Assembly: GCA_017512285.1 (NCBI GenBank)
Contig: JAFWGU010000011.1
Location: 4,828-68,827, forward strand
Source: Erysipelotrichaceae bacterium
GTDB lineage: Bacteria > Bacillota_I > Bacilli_A > Erysipelotrichales > Erysipelotrichaceae
Length of the DNA stretch: 64,000 nucleotides
Direction: 5' to 3'
The notes beneath the pieces were generated by a model. It was not told the DNA's origin. It saw only the letters and a program-made list of their open reading frames with translations, and did not search any database. Shown piece after piece: positions 26,476 through 35,659 of this stretch. Each line of letters begins with the position of its first letter. Within the stretch, counting starts at the first letter, position 1. A program made the translations under genes and the position numbers.

Positions 26476-27363
26476 TCAGAATAGTGACAGCTGACTGTAC
26501 TCTTCAATGTTCTTCTTGTATGCCCTGATGATGTCAGGCATTTCGTGCTGTATGCCGTATTTATCGCATTCTCTGACAAACAGTTCATACAACGCCTTAC
26601 TACCTGGCGGTGAACAGAAATATCTGTTTCCGTATTGTCCCATGTACTTTTCCTTCAGACCTGGAAAAAGTTCATCGAGCTTTTCGTAATAGTAGTCTCT
26701 CTGGTTTTCCCGCAGGGTAACACCCATGTAGGTATGAATGAACCTGGCTCCGCTTTCATGAGCCAGTCTGACCAGTTCCCTGATGTCTTCCTTCCTGTCC
26801 GTAATGAACGGCAGGACCGGATTCATCATGATGCCGGCAAATATCCCATTATCAGTTAATGTCCTGATTGCGGCCAGACGCTCAGAAGATGTTGAAACAT
26901 GCGGTTCTATTATTCTGGATAGTTCATCATGCGGTGTTGTCACGGTGAACTTGATGATGACGTTATTTCGCCTGTTTATCTCCTTAAGCAGATCCAGATC
27001 ACGCAAAATCAGATCGCTCTTGGTATCAATGGCCACGCCAAAACCGTACTTCAGCAACAGCTTAAGCGCTCCTCTGGTTATTTCATACTGCCTTTCAAAG
27101 GGATTATAGGTATCTGACATTGAGCCGATGCCGACAACGCCCTTATCCTTTCTCTTCTTCAGCTCCGCTTCAAGGATCTCCAGTTCATTTTCCTTGCCCC
27201 TGGGCACGTCAAAATTCTCTATGCGATAACAGTTGCTGCGGCTGTCGCAGTAGATGCACCCGTGGCAGCAGCCTCTGTATAAATTCATGTTGTAGTCTAC
27301 GCCATACCAGTCGGATCCATCCTTGACTCTGGCCAGTATCGTCTTTGCCTTAACGAATTCCAT
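26476..27363 (-). CDS. Radical SAM protein, SplB-like (COG1533-type)
   Basis: CX3CX2C cluster motif (CCHGCIYC) near the N-terminus. The size and layout resemble the spore-photoproduct-lyase-related family. Confidence 0.8.
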   Translation of the reverse strand: MEFVKAKTILARVKDGSDWYGVDYNMNLYRGCCHGCIYCDSRSNCYRIENFDVPRGKENELEILEAELKKRKDKGVVGIGSMSDTYNPFERQYEITRGALKLLLKYGFGVAIDTKSDLILRDLDLLKEINRRNNVIIKFTVTTPHDELSRIIEPHVSTSSERLAAIRTLTDNGIFAGIMMNPVLPFITDRKEDIRELVRLAHESGARFIHTYMGVTLRENQRDYYYEKLDELFPGLKEKYMGQYGNRYFCSPPGSKALYELFVRECDKYGIQHEMPDIIRAYKKNIEEYSQLSLF

Positions 27364-27583
27364 TGTTCATTCTCCCGGCATGACAAAAGTCATCAGAGTA
27401 ACTGATGCTTGCCTGACTGCTATGCTGATGATCTTTCTATTCCGTATCATATCTTATACCTTTATTATAGCCTTAATCCCCTTTCAGGTAATGATAAGAT
27501 TATTCATTTGTGATTTTTTATCTTTTTCTCTGCAACTTTATTACTTCAGTCACCTTTGCTAGAATTTATGTGAGGTGATCCGC

Positions 27584-28159
27584 ATGTACAACGAGGAAAA
27601 AATCAGAGAATTCTATAAGCAATATGACGGCAGTTCCTTTCACATGGCCCGGGAAGAGCCCGCAAAGTACAACTCCTGGATAGCGCCCCTGCCTGATGAA
27701 ATCAGAAGGAAATGGGATCAGGAAATCATCGATGATCTTTTCACTTCACTCTGGGATGATGATTCCAGGGTCTGGAGCAAACATTACAGGCTGATTGAAC
27801 TCATTAAACGTAATAAGAACGAGAGTAACATCGAACGCTTTCTCGATGAGATGGAGAAAATGCCAACACTGGATAAACGCTCAAAAATCATCATAATTGA
27901 GAACATGGCCGGAAGAGACGAAGGACATAACGGCGGCTACAGGCTGGTTTGCCAGTTTCCGCACTACGTTGACCGGCTCAACATTATCATGGAAAAAATC
28001 ATGGACTTTACCCTGGAAGAAAGCGACAAATCAGATGATCTGGGCTGGCAGGACATCACCGGCAGATATCAGAGAGCTGTAATGTCACTAAGAGTAACAG
28101 CTTCGTCACAGTCCGTCTCTTGTCTGTCACCTGAACGTGACGATAAGATGAAACTGTAA
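27584..28159 (+). CDS. Hypothetical protein (191 aa)
   Basis: ORF track 27575..28159. ATG 27584 is preferred (GAGGTG RBS). I recognise no family. Confidence 0.6.
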   Translation: MYNEEKIREFYKQYDGSSFHMAREEPAKYNSWIAPLPDEIRRKWDQEIIDDLFTSLWDDDSRVWSKHYRLIELIKRNKNESNIERFLDEMEKMPTLDKRSKIIIIENMAGRDEGHNGGYRLVCQFPHYVDRLNIIMEKIMDFTLEESDKSDDLGWQDITGRYQRAVMSLRVTASSQSVSCLSPERDDKMKL

Positions 28160-28192
28160 GAAAGCCACGGCAGTGGCAAGGAGGACTCAAAC

Positions 28193-28768
28193 ATGACATT
28201 TGGAGAAAAGCTGAGAAACGCCAGAAAGGAAGCCGGATTCTCCCAGGAACAGCTTGCCGAGAAGCTGAGTGTATCAAGATCGGCAGTTGCCAAGTGGGAA
28301 ACTGATAACGGAATGCCTGATGTAGGCAATCTGAAGGCAATGGCCACTCTTCTCAATGTGAGTATTGACTATCTGCTGGATGAAGACGAGAAGATCACCT
28401 TCAACGAAACCAGGGAACCGATTGAACCTGAATTGTTTGAAAAGACAGGCAAGTGCCGGGACAGGAAGGATGCGGCAGTATACTGGAAATATAAGGATGC
28501 AGACGCAATCTATCCGCTTATCCGCCGAAAAAAGCTGAATGCCGGCGAATTCATGCTGGACCTGGTTACTTCCTGGGGCGTAAGCCAGCTGGCTGACTAC
28601 GCTACCAACACGGACGGGTACTATCTTGTAGAAAAGGCCGGCAGACAGCTGCTGGTAAGAGTATCAGATGATTTCATCACCACCAGTGAACTGGCCGGCA
28701 GAGTTGATCCCGGAAAGTTTGTCATTGGCAACAACATATTCAGAAAGACAACTTACCGGCTCATATAG
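28193..28768 (+). CDS. XRE-family HTH protein with a C-terminal domain of unknown function
   Basis: The N-terminus FGEKLRNARKEAGFSQEQLAEKLSVSRSAVAKWE is a classic Cro/C1 HTH. AAGGAGG RBS. Confidence 0.8.
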   Translation: MTFGEKLRNARKEAGFSQEQLAEKLSVSRSAVAKWETDNGMPDVGNLKAMATLLNVSIDYLLDEDEKITFNETREPIEPELFEKTGKCRDRKDAAVYWKYKDADAIYPLIRRKKLNAGEFMLDLVTSWGVSQLADYATNTDGYYLVEKAGRQLLVRVSDDFITTSELAGRVDPGKFVIGNNIFRKTTYRLI

Positions 28769-28810
28769 AACCTTTCATATACTGCTTTTCTAGCCGGTAA
28801 AAGTTGAACC

Positions 28811-28860
28811 AAAAAATGAACCCCAGAATCAGGACAAAACCTGATTGAGGGGTTCATTTC
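28811..28860. terminator. Compound bidirectional terminator
   Basis: Outer stem TGAACCCC/GGGGTTCA and inner stem AATCAGG/CCTGATT, flanked by A and T runs. Confidence 0.8.
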
Positions 28861-28872
28861 AATTCTTACGTT

Positions 28873-29841
28873 TTATTTTTCCCATTCATCATACAGCTTA
28901 CGGCAGAACTCCGCATGCCGTATCGAGGCGCTGACCGGTATCACCGGACTTTCAGTCAGTCCCTTATCAATGCACTCATTAAAATGCTGAAGCTCATACA
29001 TTAATTCATAATTGCACGGATATGACAGGGTCTTCACCAGTTCCCCGTTCTGATATATGTAAGCCTCCCGGGCTTTCCAGTAGTCCGGCACGCTGATATG
29101 GGCCTTGTCCAGCCAGATCTCCATGCCGTTATTCTCAAACTGCACCTTGCGGGAGACCGCACAGGTTGCCAGTATGTCGTTTTCCATTACGGTTGTCAGA
29201 GCAAACTGATCTTCGGCATCACTGTCTCCATAAGTAGCGCTGCCGTTAAGAACCTGTATCTTACCGCCATACATTTCTGCCATTGAGAAGAAGTAGGCTT
29301 CATTGCCATACAGGGCTCCTCCTCCGTATTCCCGCATTCTGTTCCATCCGGCGGCGTAGCCGCCTCCAGCATAGGACTGTCTGAATTCCATCAGCTGGAT
29401 CTTCCCGTACATTCCTGAATCGATTCGCTTTTTGAGTTCCAGATGGACCGGCAGAAACAGTGTCTTAACCGCCTCAGCGATGAACAGTCCCTTTTCCTCA
29501 GACAGCTTTCTTAATTCCTCTCCCTGCCAGGGATAAAGAACAAACGGCTTTTCCATTACTACGTGCCTGCCGACTTCCAGCGCCTTTCTGGCAAACTCAT
29601 AATGGAGACTGTTGACTAACGGCAGATACACTGCATCTATTTCAGGATCCTGCAGGATCACGTTGTAATCACCGTAATAGTTTGGAATGTCATTTTCCTC
29701 AGCAAACTTCCTGGCTCTGTCAATGTTCCGGGATGAAACGGCAATAACTTTACCGTTATCCGTACATTTCATTGCCTGGGCAAAACGCGGGGCAATTGAA
29801 GCTGTTGAAATGATACCGTATCTTATCTTACGTCGTGTCAT
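28873..29841 (-). CDS. Gfo/Idh/MocA-family oxidoreductase
   Basis: N-terminal Rossmann region IRYGIISTASIAPRF and EKPF motif (VMEKPF). Confidence 0.85.
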   Translation of the reverse strand: MTRRKIRYGIISTASIAPRFAQAMKCTDNGKVIAVSSRNIDRARKFAEENDIPNYYGDYNVILQDPEIDAVYLPLVNSLHYEFARKALEVGRHVVMEKPFVLYPWQGEELRKLSEEKGLFIAEAVKTLFLPVHLELKKRIDSGMYGKIQLMEFRQSYAGGGYAAGWNRMREYGGGALYGNEAYFFSMAEMYGGKIQVLNGSATYGDSDAEDQFALTTVMENDILATCAVSRKVQFENNGMEIWLDKAHISVPDYWKAREAYIYQNGELVKTLSYPCNYELMYELQHFNECIDKGLTESPVIPVSASIRHAEFCRKLYDEWEK

Positions 29842-29856
29842 TGTTGAGGTCCTTTC

Positions 29857-30354
29857 TTACTGGTTCATGTGCTTCATGATGGCAATGGTTTCAAACCACT
29901 CCCGGTATTTCCCGTTGGGAAAGTAATAGACAGCCTCACACTGGGTGTTCCTCAGAACTATGGCGTTGTAACAGTACTGCTCAAATTCCTCCATCTTAGA
30001 GGTATCACACATGTCTGTCAGCCATACATAGGCCAGTGTTCGACCGTACTTATCGTATTTATCTGAATCAAACTCCAGGAATATCACCTGGTTTCTGGTA
30101 AAATACCCCTTTGTGTAGGCATAGGCTTCATCGCCTTCAGCCGTTCCTCTTTCCGGTGTATTGACTCCTATGAGCCTGACTTCCGTCTCTTCCCCATCCA
30201 GACTGACCACTATTGAATCGCCATCCTTGGTCGCAATGAAAACAGCCTGATGCAGAACAGCTTCACTGTGCGCCTTGCGGTACTGAAGCCACCCGGCCAG
30301 AGCCAGAAAGACCAATATGACTGCGATTACCGTGATCTTATGTTTTCTTTTCAT
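29857..30354 (-). CDS. Thermonuclease (SNase)-family nuclease with an N-terminal membrane anchor
   Basis: TM helix ITVIAVILVFLALAGWL, then RLIGVNTPE...YGRTLAYV, typical of staphylococcal-nuclease homologues. Confidence 0.8.
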   Translation of the reverse strand: MKRKHKITVIAVILVFLALAGWLQYRKAHSEAVLHQAVFIATKDGDSIVVSLDGEETEVRLIGVNTPERGTAEGDEAYAYTKGYFTRNQVIFLEFDSDKYDKYGRTLAYVWLTDMCDTSKMEEFEQYCYNAIVLRNTQCEAVYYFPNGKYREWFETIAIMKHMNQ

Positions 30355-30991
30355 TCAGTTCATTTACTATGTTCAGTATTTCAATGAGATCGTCTATATA
30401 GTACTCCGCTCCTGACTGATCTATCGGCATTCTGGTTTCCCTGCGGGCAATTACATGAGCCCCGCTTGCCAGTGCCGCATCAAGACCGGTTCTTGAATCT
30501 TCAATTATTACCGTTTCATCAGGTCTTACCCCAAGAATGTTCATGGCCTTGAGATAGATCATCGGATCAGGTTTCTGCCTGGTTACGTCCTGTACTCCCA
30601 GCACCACGGAAAAATACTTTCTCCAGCCGTTCTGCTCAAGACACCTGTCTATCATGTCAGGGGAATTGCTGGTGGCAAGTCCAATGACGTATCCTGAATC
30701 ATGCAGAGACCTGAGCACATCATCAGCGTGCTTCATCTTAATGGCGCTGTAGTCATGACCTTTGTTCTCCGGACCGTAGTATTCATCCAGTATGGCCTGT
30801 CTCTGCTCCTCAGTGGCCTCAGCGAGTACTTCCTCAATGACCAGTTTGAGCTTCTTGCCCGCTATCAGCTGGCACAGCTCGTCAGTCCAGTTCAGGCCGT
30901 GCCTGATCAGGATGTCTCTTTTGCGCGAAACAGTACGGAATTCTGAATCTACCAGAACCCCATCCATGTCGAAAATTATCGCCCTTATCAT
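30338..30991 (-). CDS. HAD-superfamily hydrolase (beta-phosphoglucomutase-like subfamily IA)
   Basis: Motif I IIFDMDGVLVDSE, motif II LATSN, motif IV IIEDSRTG. Confidence 0.85.
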   Translation of the reverse strand: MIRAIIFDMDGVLVDSEFRTVSRKRDILIRHGLNWTDELCQLIAGKKLKLVIEEVLAEATEEQRQAILDEYYGPENKGHDYSAIKMKHADDVLRSLHDSGYVIGLATSNSPDMIDRCLEQNGWRKYFSVVLGVQDVTRQKPDPMIYLKAMNILGVRPDETVIIEDSRTGLDAALASGAHVIARRETRMPIDQSGAEYYIDDLIEILNIVNELNEKKT

Positions 30992-30993
30992 GC

Positions 30994-32013
30994 TTACCTC
31001 AGTTCATACTCAATTGAGCACTTGCCGTTCTTATATCTTACGGTTCCGATCGAACCGTTTATTATCGTCCATGACGGCGGTACGTGGCCAATGTTTGCCC
31101 CGTATACAACAGGTATGTTGAGATCCTTAAGGTTATTTTTCAGTACTTCCTTAATATCCACGTCAAACATTTCGCCGCCATTCCGCGGTCTGCCCATGAT
31201 GATTCCGGTACAGTTATCAAACCAGCTGGCATTCTTAAGCTGCCATATGCCCCTGTAGATGTCCAGAATGTTAAGGTCGCAGGCCTCAAGATAGAAGATT
31301 ATTCCATCATCCCTGTACTTTTCGCCAAATTCTCTGACCCTGTCAAATCTGGTTCCGCAGATGTTCAGCAGTATGTCCAGACATCCCCCGACCAGTCTGC
31401 CCTTCATGGTGACGTCATTACCGTCAAGTGAATGGTAAACTACCGGTTCCGTCTTGTAGTAACCGGAGAGAGGATCATCTGACATCTTGGAATTCTCCGG
31501 AAGTTCATATTTTGCATAGCTCTTCTGTTTCAGCCGCTGACCATTGATGATCTCATAAGCCTCTTTAATGGACTTATCCCATTTTCTCATGCCGAAGCTT
31601 CCCAAACACGGACCGTAAATGCTGGCGATGTCACACAGTACCGTCAGGGTATAGGTAAAAACCGTATTGTCAGAAATGCCCATGAACCATTTCGGCCTGG
31701 CCTTTCTGAGCTTCTCAATGTTCAGATACGGCAATATTTCCAGCATCAGTTCGCCGCCGGCAACGCTTTCCACGAAGTCAACGTCTTCTCTCAGATACAT
31801 CTCCATCAGTTCCCTGGCCCTTATCCGGGCAGAGGCGCTTCTGGCATGTCTGATCCCTCTCAGATGCTTAGCCTCGACAAAAGAAAATCCTGAGTCTTCG
31901 AATTTTTCTCTGGCACTCAGGTATTTATCCTCGTAAGGAAAGCCGCTGACCCCGAATGACGGGGCAACAAGTCCTATTGTGTCATTCTTCTTCAAAAATT
32001 CAGGATATTTCAT
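30994..32013 (-). CDS. S66-family LD-carboxypeptidase (MccF/LdcA-like)
   Basis: ORF track 30994..32070. Start moved to ATG 32013, 4 nt after the gltX stop. IGLVAPS, nucleophile GISDNT, and a C-terminal GH motif (ANIGHV). Confidence 0.8.
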   Translation of the reverse strand: MKYPEFLKKNDTIGLVAPSFGVSGFPYEDKYLSAREKFEDSGFSFVEAKHLRGIRHARSASARIRARELMEMYLREDVDFVESVAGGELMLEILPYLNIEKLRKARPKWFMGISDNTVFTYTLTVLCDIASIYGPCLGSFGMRKWDKSIKEAYEIINGQRLKQKSYAKYELPENSKMSDDPLSGYYKTEPVVYHSLDGNDVTMKGRLVGGCLDILLNICGTRFDRVREFGEKYRDDGIIFYLEACDLNILDIYRGIWQLKNASWFDNCTGIIMGRPRNGGEMFDVDIKEVLKNNLKDLNIPVVYGANIGHVPPSWTIINGSIGTVRYKNGKCSIEYELR

Positions 32014-32017
32014 TTTT

Positions 32018-33673
32018 CTATAACTCCTGCATTGCGTCCTGCAGTCTCTTGGAACAGGTCTTTTCACCAAGGATCTGCATGATCGTCCACAGATCAGGTG
32101 AATTCTTCTGGCCGGTTATGGCAATGCGGATGATCTCGGCGATGTCGCTTACGCTGCCCCTGTACATTTCCGGGTTAGCCTTGTAAGCCTTCATGTCAGC
32201 GATGAAGCCGTATCTTTCACCGATCATCTTGACCTTTTCAAACCAGGTGTTGTTATCATCGTCATAACTGTAGGCGTCCTGGAAGTCTCTTAAGACATTT
32301 CTGACCAGATCCCTGTCAAATCTGTATTCATCCTTCTGCGTCTTGAATTCATCATAGTACAGAGCGATGGATTCCAGGATCTGAGAAGCGTTGATGTAGT
32401 CCTTTCTTCTCTTCTTGAGATTCAGACCCATTCCCAGGGTCAGGATCCTGTCCAGCTTTTCCTCATTGCCGAAATATACATCGTAATCTTCCTTGTGGTA
32501 TTCAAGAATGAACTGTCTCAGATATTCCTTCATTTCCTCAAGTGAGAACTTGGCAAGATATGTCTTACAGATGTTGTTCAGCTTTTCCAGGTCAAACAGT
32601 GTTCCTGACTGACCCATCTTATCCAGTGAGAACTTGAATTCCTCAATGTCGGCATCAGGATTCTTCAGATACCACTGTTCAAAGTTCCAGTTCAGTATCG
32701 TCATCAGGTAGATCTTAACGGCATATGGGTGATAACCCAGCTGACGGTAGAAATCCAGTGACAGTTCCGGGTCCTTGCGCTTTGAAAGCTTACGCTTGGT
32801 TCCAGTTTCATCTATCTTCATCAATACTGTCGTATGAGCATATCTCGGCAGTTCAAATCCGAGCATGTCAAACAGTTCCAGGTGAATGTTCAGGGTGCCT
32901 AACCATTCCTCACCACGTAATACAATTGTCGTATGCATCAGGTGGTCATCAATGGCATGGGCAAAGTGATAGGTTGGAATGCCGTCGTTCTTGATCAGTA
33001 CGGCATCCATGTTATTCTCGGTAACGACGATGTCACCCTTGATCTCATCATGGAAGGTATGCTTTACTTCCGGATTGCCCATGGCTCTCATTCTGATGAC
33101 AAACGGTTCACCGTTTCTGATTCTTTCCTCAACCTGTTCATAGGTTGCGTTGCGCCATACGGCCCATTCGCCATAGTAACCGGTACCGACATTCATTTCG
33201 GTCTGTTTTTCTCTGATGGCGTTCAGATCTTCTTCCGTACAGAAACACGGATAGGCCTTGCCCTCAGCTACCAGCTTCTTGGCAAATGTCTGATAGATCT
33301 CAGCTCTCTGTCTCTGATAGTAAGGACCGTACTTGCCCTGAGGTTCTACCTCTGCGCCTTCATCAAATCTGATCTTGAAATAGTCAAAGACGGAAATGAT
33401 GGTCTCAACGGCACCTTCAACCTTTCTCTTCTCGTCGGTATCTTCAATTCTTAAGAAGTAGACACCGCCGCTCTGATGAGCTACTCTCTCATCAGCCAAA
33501 GCCCCATACAGGTTGCCCAGATGAATGAAACCGGTTGGAGATGGAGCTATTCTCAGAACCTCTGCACCCTTCGGCAGATTTCTGGAAGGATACATCTCTT
33601 CGTAGTACTGTGTATCGTGTATGATGTTCGGATATACGAGATCCGCTAACTTTTTATAATCCATATTAAACAC
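32018..33673 (-). CDS. gltX: Glutamate--tRNA ligase (long form)
   Basis: RIAPSPTGFIHLGN (HIGH-type region) and KLSKRK (KMSKS equivalent), typical of GluRS. Confidence 0.85.
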   Translation of the reverse strand: MFNMDYKKLADLVYPNIIHDTQYYEEMYPSRNLPKGAEVLRIAPSPTGFIHLGNLYGALADERVAHQSGGVYFLRIEDTDEKRKVEGAVETIISVFDYFKIRFDEGAEVEPQGKYGPYYQRQRAEIYQTFAKKLVAEGKAYPCFCTEEDLNAIREKQTEMNVGTGYYGEWAVWRNATYEQVEERIRNGEPFVIRMRAMGNPEVKHTFHDEIKGDIVVTENNMDAVLIKNDGIPTYHFAHAIDDHLMHTTIVLRGEEWLGTLNIHLELFDMLGFELPRYAHTTVLMKIDETGTKRKLSKRKDPELSLDFYRQLGYHPYAVKIYLMTILNWNFEQWYLKNPDADIEEFKFSLDKMGQSGTLFDLEKLNNICKTYLAKFSLEEMKEYLRQFILEYHKEDYDVYFGNEEKLDRILTLGMGLNLKKRRKDYINASQILESIALYYDEFKTQKDEYRFDRDLVRNVLRDFQDAYSYDDDNNTWFEKVKMIGERYGFIADMKAYKANPEMYRGSVSDIAEIIRIAITGQKNSPDLWTIMQILGEKTCSKRLQDAMQEL

Positions 33674-33676
33674 CTC

Positions 33677-35659
33677 TTATCTGAACTGGCTTGGATGCTT
33701 CTCAAAGAAGTCTTCCTTGGCTTCCAGATTTCTTATCTGATGGTTTTCCCTGTCTTCAAGGAAGTAGTAAATGTCTTCAAAGGCATGATCCCAGCTCCAT
33801 ACCTTTTCACCGATGTTGAGATATTCCATTGTCTTCTCACATCCGGCAGGTACGATCGGGTGTGACAGCAGGCAGGCTACTCTTACCATGTGGAAGGCAT
33901 TGATCAGCGTCTGCTTTCTTAACTCTGCATCATCTTCCTTATCAGCCTGGGCAATGTTCTTAGCCCAGTACTTGTTGGCCTGTCTGATGTAGGTATCCAG
34001 AATGTTGATGACACTGTGGAACTCAAACCTGTACATCGTCTCCTCGTACTTGAGAATGGTTTCCTCGGCAGTCTTGAGAACGTCTTCATCGACCTTGCCG
34101 TAAGGGATCCTGCCGTCAAAGTACTTCTGAGCGGCATAGAAACATGATCTGATCAGTCTGTTAAGGACATTGGTAAACAGATTGCCCTGAGCCAGAACCG
34201 GATCCTGCTCATTTTCCGGTGCATTTGGATTCAGAGGCTTCGGCATGAAGCTTACTGACTTGTTACCGAGGGCCAGACCCAGGAAGTGGGCTCTTAACTG
34301 TTCGGCTGTATAATAGTTCAGCAGATCCGCAGCCATCGGAGGCTTTACGGAACCTGATGAACTGGCTTTCTTGTCCAGGAATAATATGTGGTGGTTGGCT
34401 ACCAGAGTCGGCAGACACAGCTGACCCTTTTCAGGAGTAATGGATGGCTTTCCCTTTCCCTGCTGAGCCATGAACATCGGCATCTGGGCAACGCCGTAGA
34501 AGTAGATGTTGTCCTGACCGATGAACTGATATACGCCGGCTTCAGGATCACACCAGTATTCCTTATAATCTTCTTCACTTCTGCCATGTCTCTTCATGTA
34601 GGCCTTGGTGAATGAAATTGGTGCCCATAATGACTCCGGCCATACCCATACGGTCAGACCCTTTTCACCTTCAAGTTCAGGTGCCGGTACGCCCCATTCG
34701 ATGTTGCCGGTAAGTCTTAACGGTACCAGTGTCTTTGAGGTGCGGTATCTGATGTTGTTTGCCGTGAGCATTTCACAGGCCTTTTCTCTGTCGGCCAGTT
34801 TCTTGAATTCAATGATGAATGAACCGCCCTTGATGTTTTCCAGATCGCTGGCAGTATGTTCCGGCAGCTGATCCTTGATATTCAGGTATGTTTCCAGACC
34901 TTCCTTACGGACATAGATCTGTGGGGTTCCCAGAGATTCCTTCATGGTTTCCCAGACGATCCTTCTGACGTTGTCCTTCTTTGAGATCATGTCAACGTAT
35001 TCTTCCAGCAGATCCTGACATTCAGGAAGCTTGAAGTACCAGTTAACGACGTCTCTCATTTCCGGGGTTTCGCCGGTCAGGGTGCTCTTTGGATCGATCA
35101 GATCCTCAGGCATGTACTGATGTCCGAGATCGCATTCATCGGCATAGCCCTTTTCAGACTGACAGCCGACTATCGGACACTTACCGACGACCTGTCTGCC
35201 GTTCAGGAAGCATCCTGCCTTGGCATCGTAGAACTGCTTGGTTACCAACTTTTCCAGATAACCGTTCTTATACAGGTTGGTTATGAATTCTCTGCTTTCT
35301 TCGGCATGTACTTCCTTGGTATCGCCAAGTCCTGATGCTCCGAAGATGTCCAGACTGATTTCATAGTCCTTAAGAGTCTTTTCCTGAGCGATGTGGTTTT
35401 CATTGACATAGTCTTCAATGGTACCCTGATAACCTTCGTTTTCTACTTTCTTGCGGTATCCTTCCGCAATCGGTGAACCGTAACAGTCAGTGCCGGAAAC
35501 GAATATTACATTTTCCTTTCCGATCCTGTCACGCAAAAACCTGGCAAATACGTCTGCGTGGACATACATGCCGCCAATGTGACCGAAGTGCAGGGTCTTG
35601 TTACCATAGGGCATTCCGCCGGTAACTACAGCTCTTTTTGGAAATTCAGGACGACTCAT
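33677..35659 (-). CDS. metG: Methionine--tRNA ligase-like class I aminoacyl-tRNA synthetase
   Basis: ORF track 33677..35683. Start moved to ATG 35659 (GGAGG RBS). GGMPYGNKTLHFGHIGG..GTDCYGSPI aligns with E. coli MetRS ALPYANGSIHLGH..ADDSHGTPI. Knuckle CPIVGC..ECDLGH. The KMSKS position reads KASSS. Confidence 0.7.
   Translation of the reverse strand: MSRPEFPKRAVVTGGMPYGNKTLHFGHIGGMYVHADVFARFLRDRIGKENVIFVSGTDCYGSPIAEGYRKKVENEGYQGTIEDYVNENHIAQEKTLKDYEISLDIFGASGLGDTKEVHAEESREFITNLYKNGYLEKLVTKQFYDAKAGCFLNGRQVVGKCPIVGCQSEKGYADECDLGHQYMPEDLIDPKSTLTGETPEMRDVVNWYFKLPECQDLLEEYVDMISKKDNVRRIVWETMKESLGTPQIYVRKEGLETYLNIKDQLPEHTASDLENIKGGSFIIEFKKLADREKACEMLTANNIRYRTSKTLVPLRLTGNIEWGVPAPELEGEKGLTVWVWPESLWAPISFTKAYMKRHGRSEEDYKEYWCDPEAGVYQFIGQDNIYFYGVAQMPMFMAQQGKGKPSITPEKGQLCLPTLVANHHILFLDKKASSSGSVKPPMAADLLNYYTAEQLRAHFLGLALGNKSVSFMPKPLNPNAPENEQDPVLAQGNLFTNVLNRLIRSCFYAAQKYFDGRIPYGKVDEDVLKTAEETILKYEETMYRFEFHSVINILDTYIRQANKYWAKNIAQADKEDDAELRKQTLINAFHMVRVACLLSHPIVPAGCEKTMEYLNIGEKVWSWDHAFEDIYYFLEDRENHQIRNLEAKEDFFEKHPSQFR

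Noticed and set aside
26451-26588. N-terminal extension of the gdhA ORF (46 extra codons) overlapping the end of the radical SAM gene.
   Set aside because: The canonical GdhA N-terminus begins at ATG 26450, which has an AGGAGG RBS. The extension has no similarity to GdhA and overlaps the upstream CDS. Similar over-long ORF-track starts were trimmed for 35558 (DDAH), 32070, 16032, 42865, 14516, 7709 and 59111.
26476-27363. The radical SAM protein as a viperin-like antiviral enzyme or a RiPP maturase.
   Set aside because: The layout (cluster motif ~30 residues from the N-terminus, ~295 aa, no SPASM or extra Cys clusters, no adjacent precursor peptide or nucleotide kinase) fits the SplB-related housekeeping-type family better. 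I see nothing that supports a defence or RiPP role.
27379-27562. A hydrophobic 60-aa reading frame (part of ORF 27323..27562) in the spacer upstream of the radical SAM gene.
   Set aside because: It has no Shine-Dalgarno sequence and lies in an AT-rich promoter region. Its composition is what AT-rich DNA gives by chance (Phe/Ile/Leu-rich).
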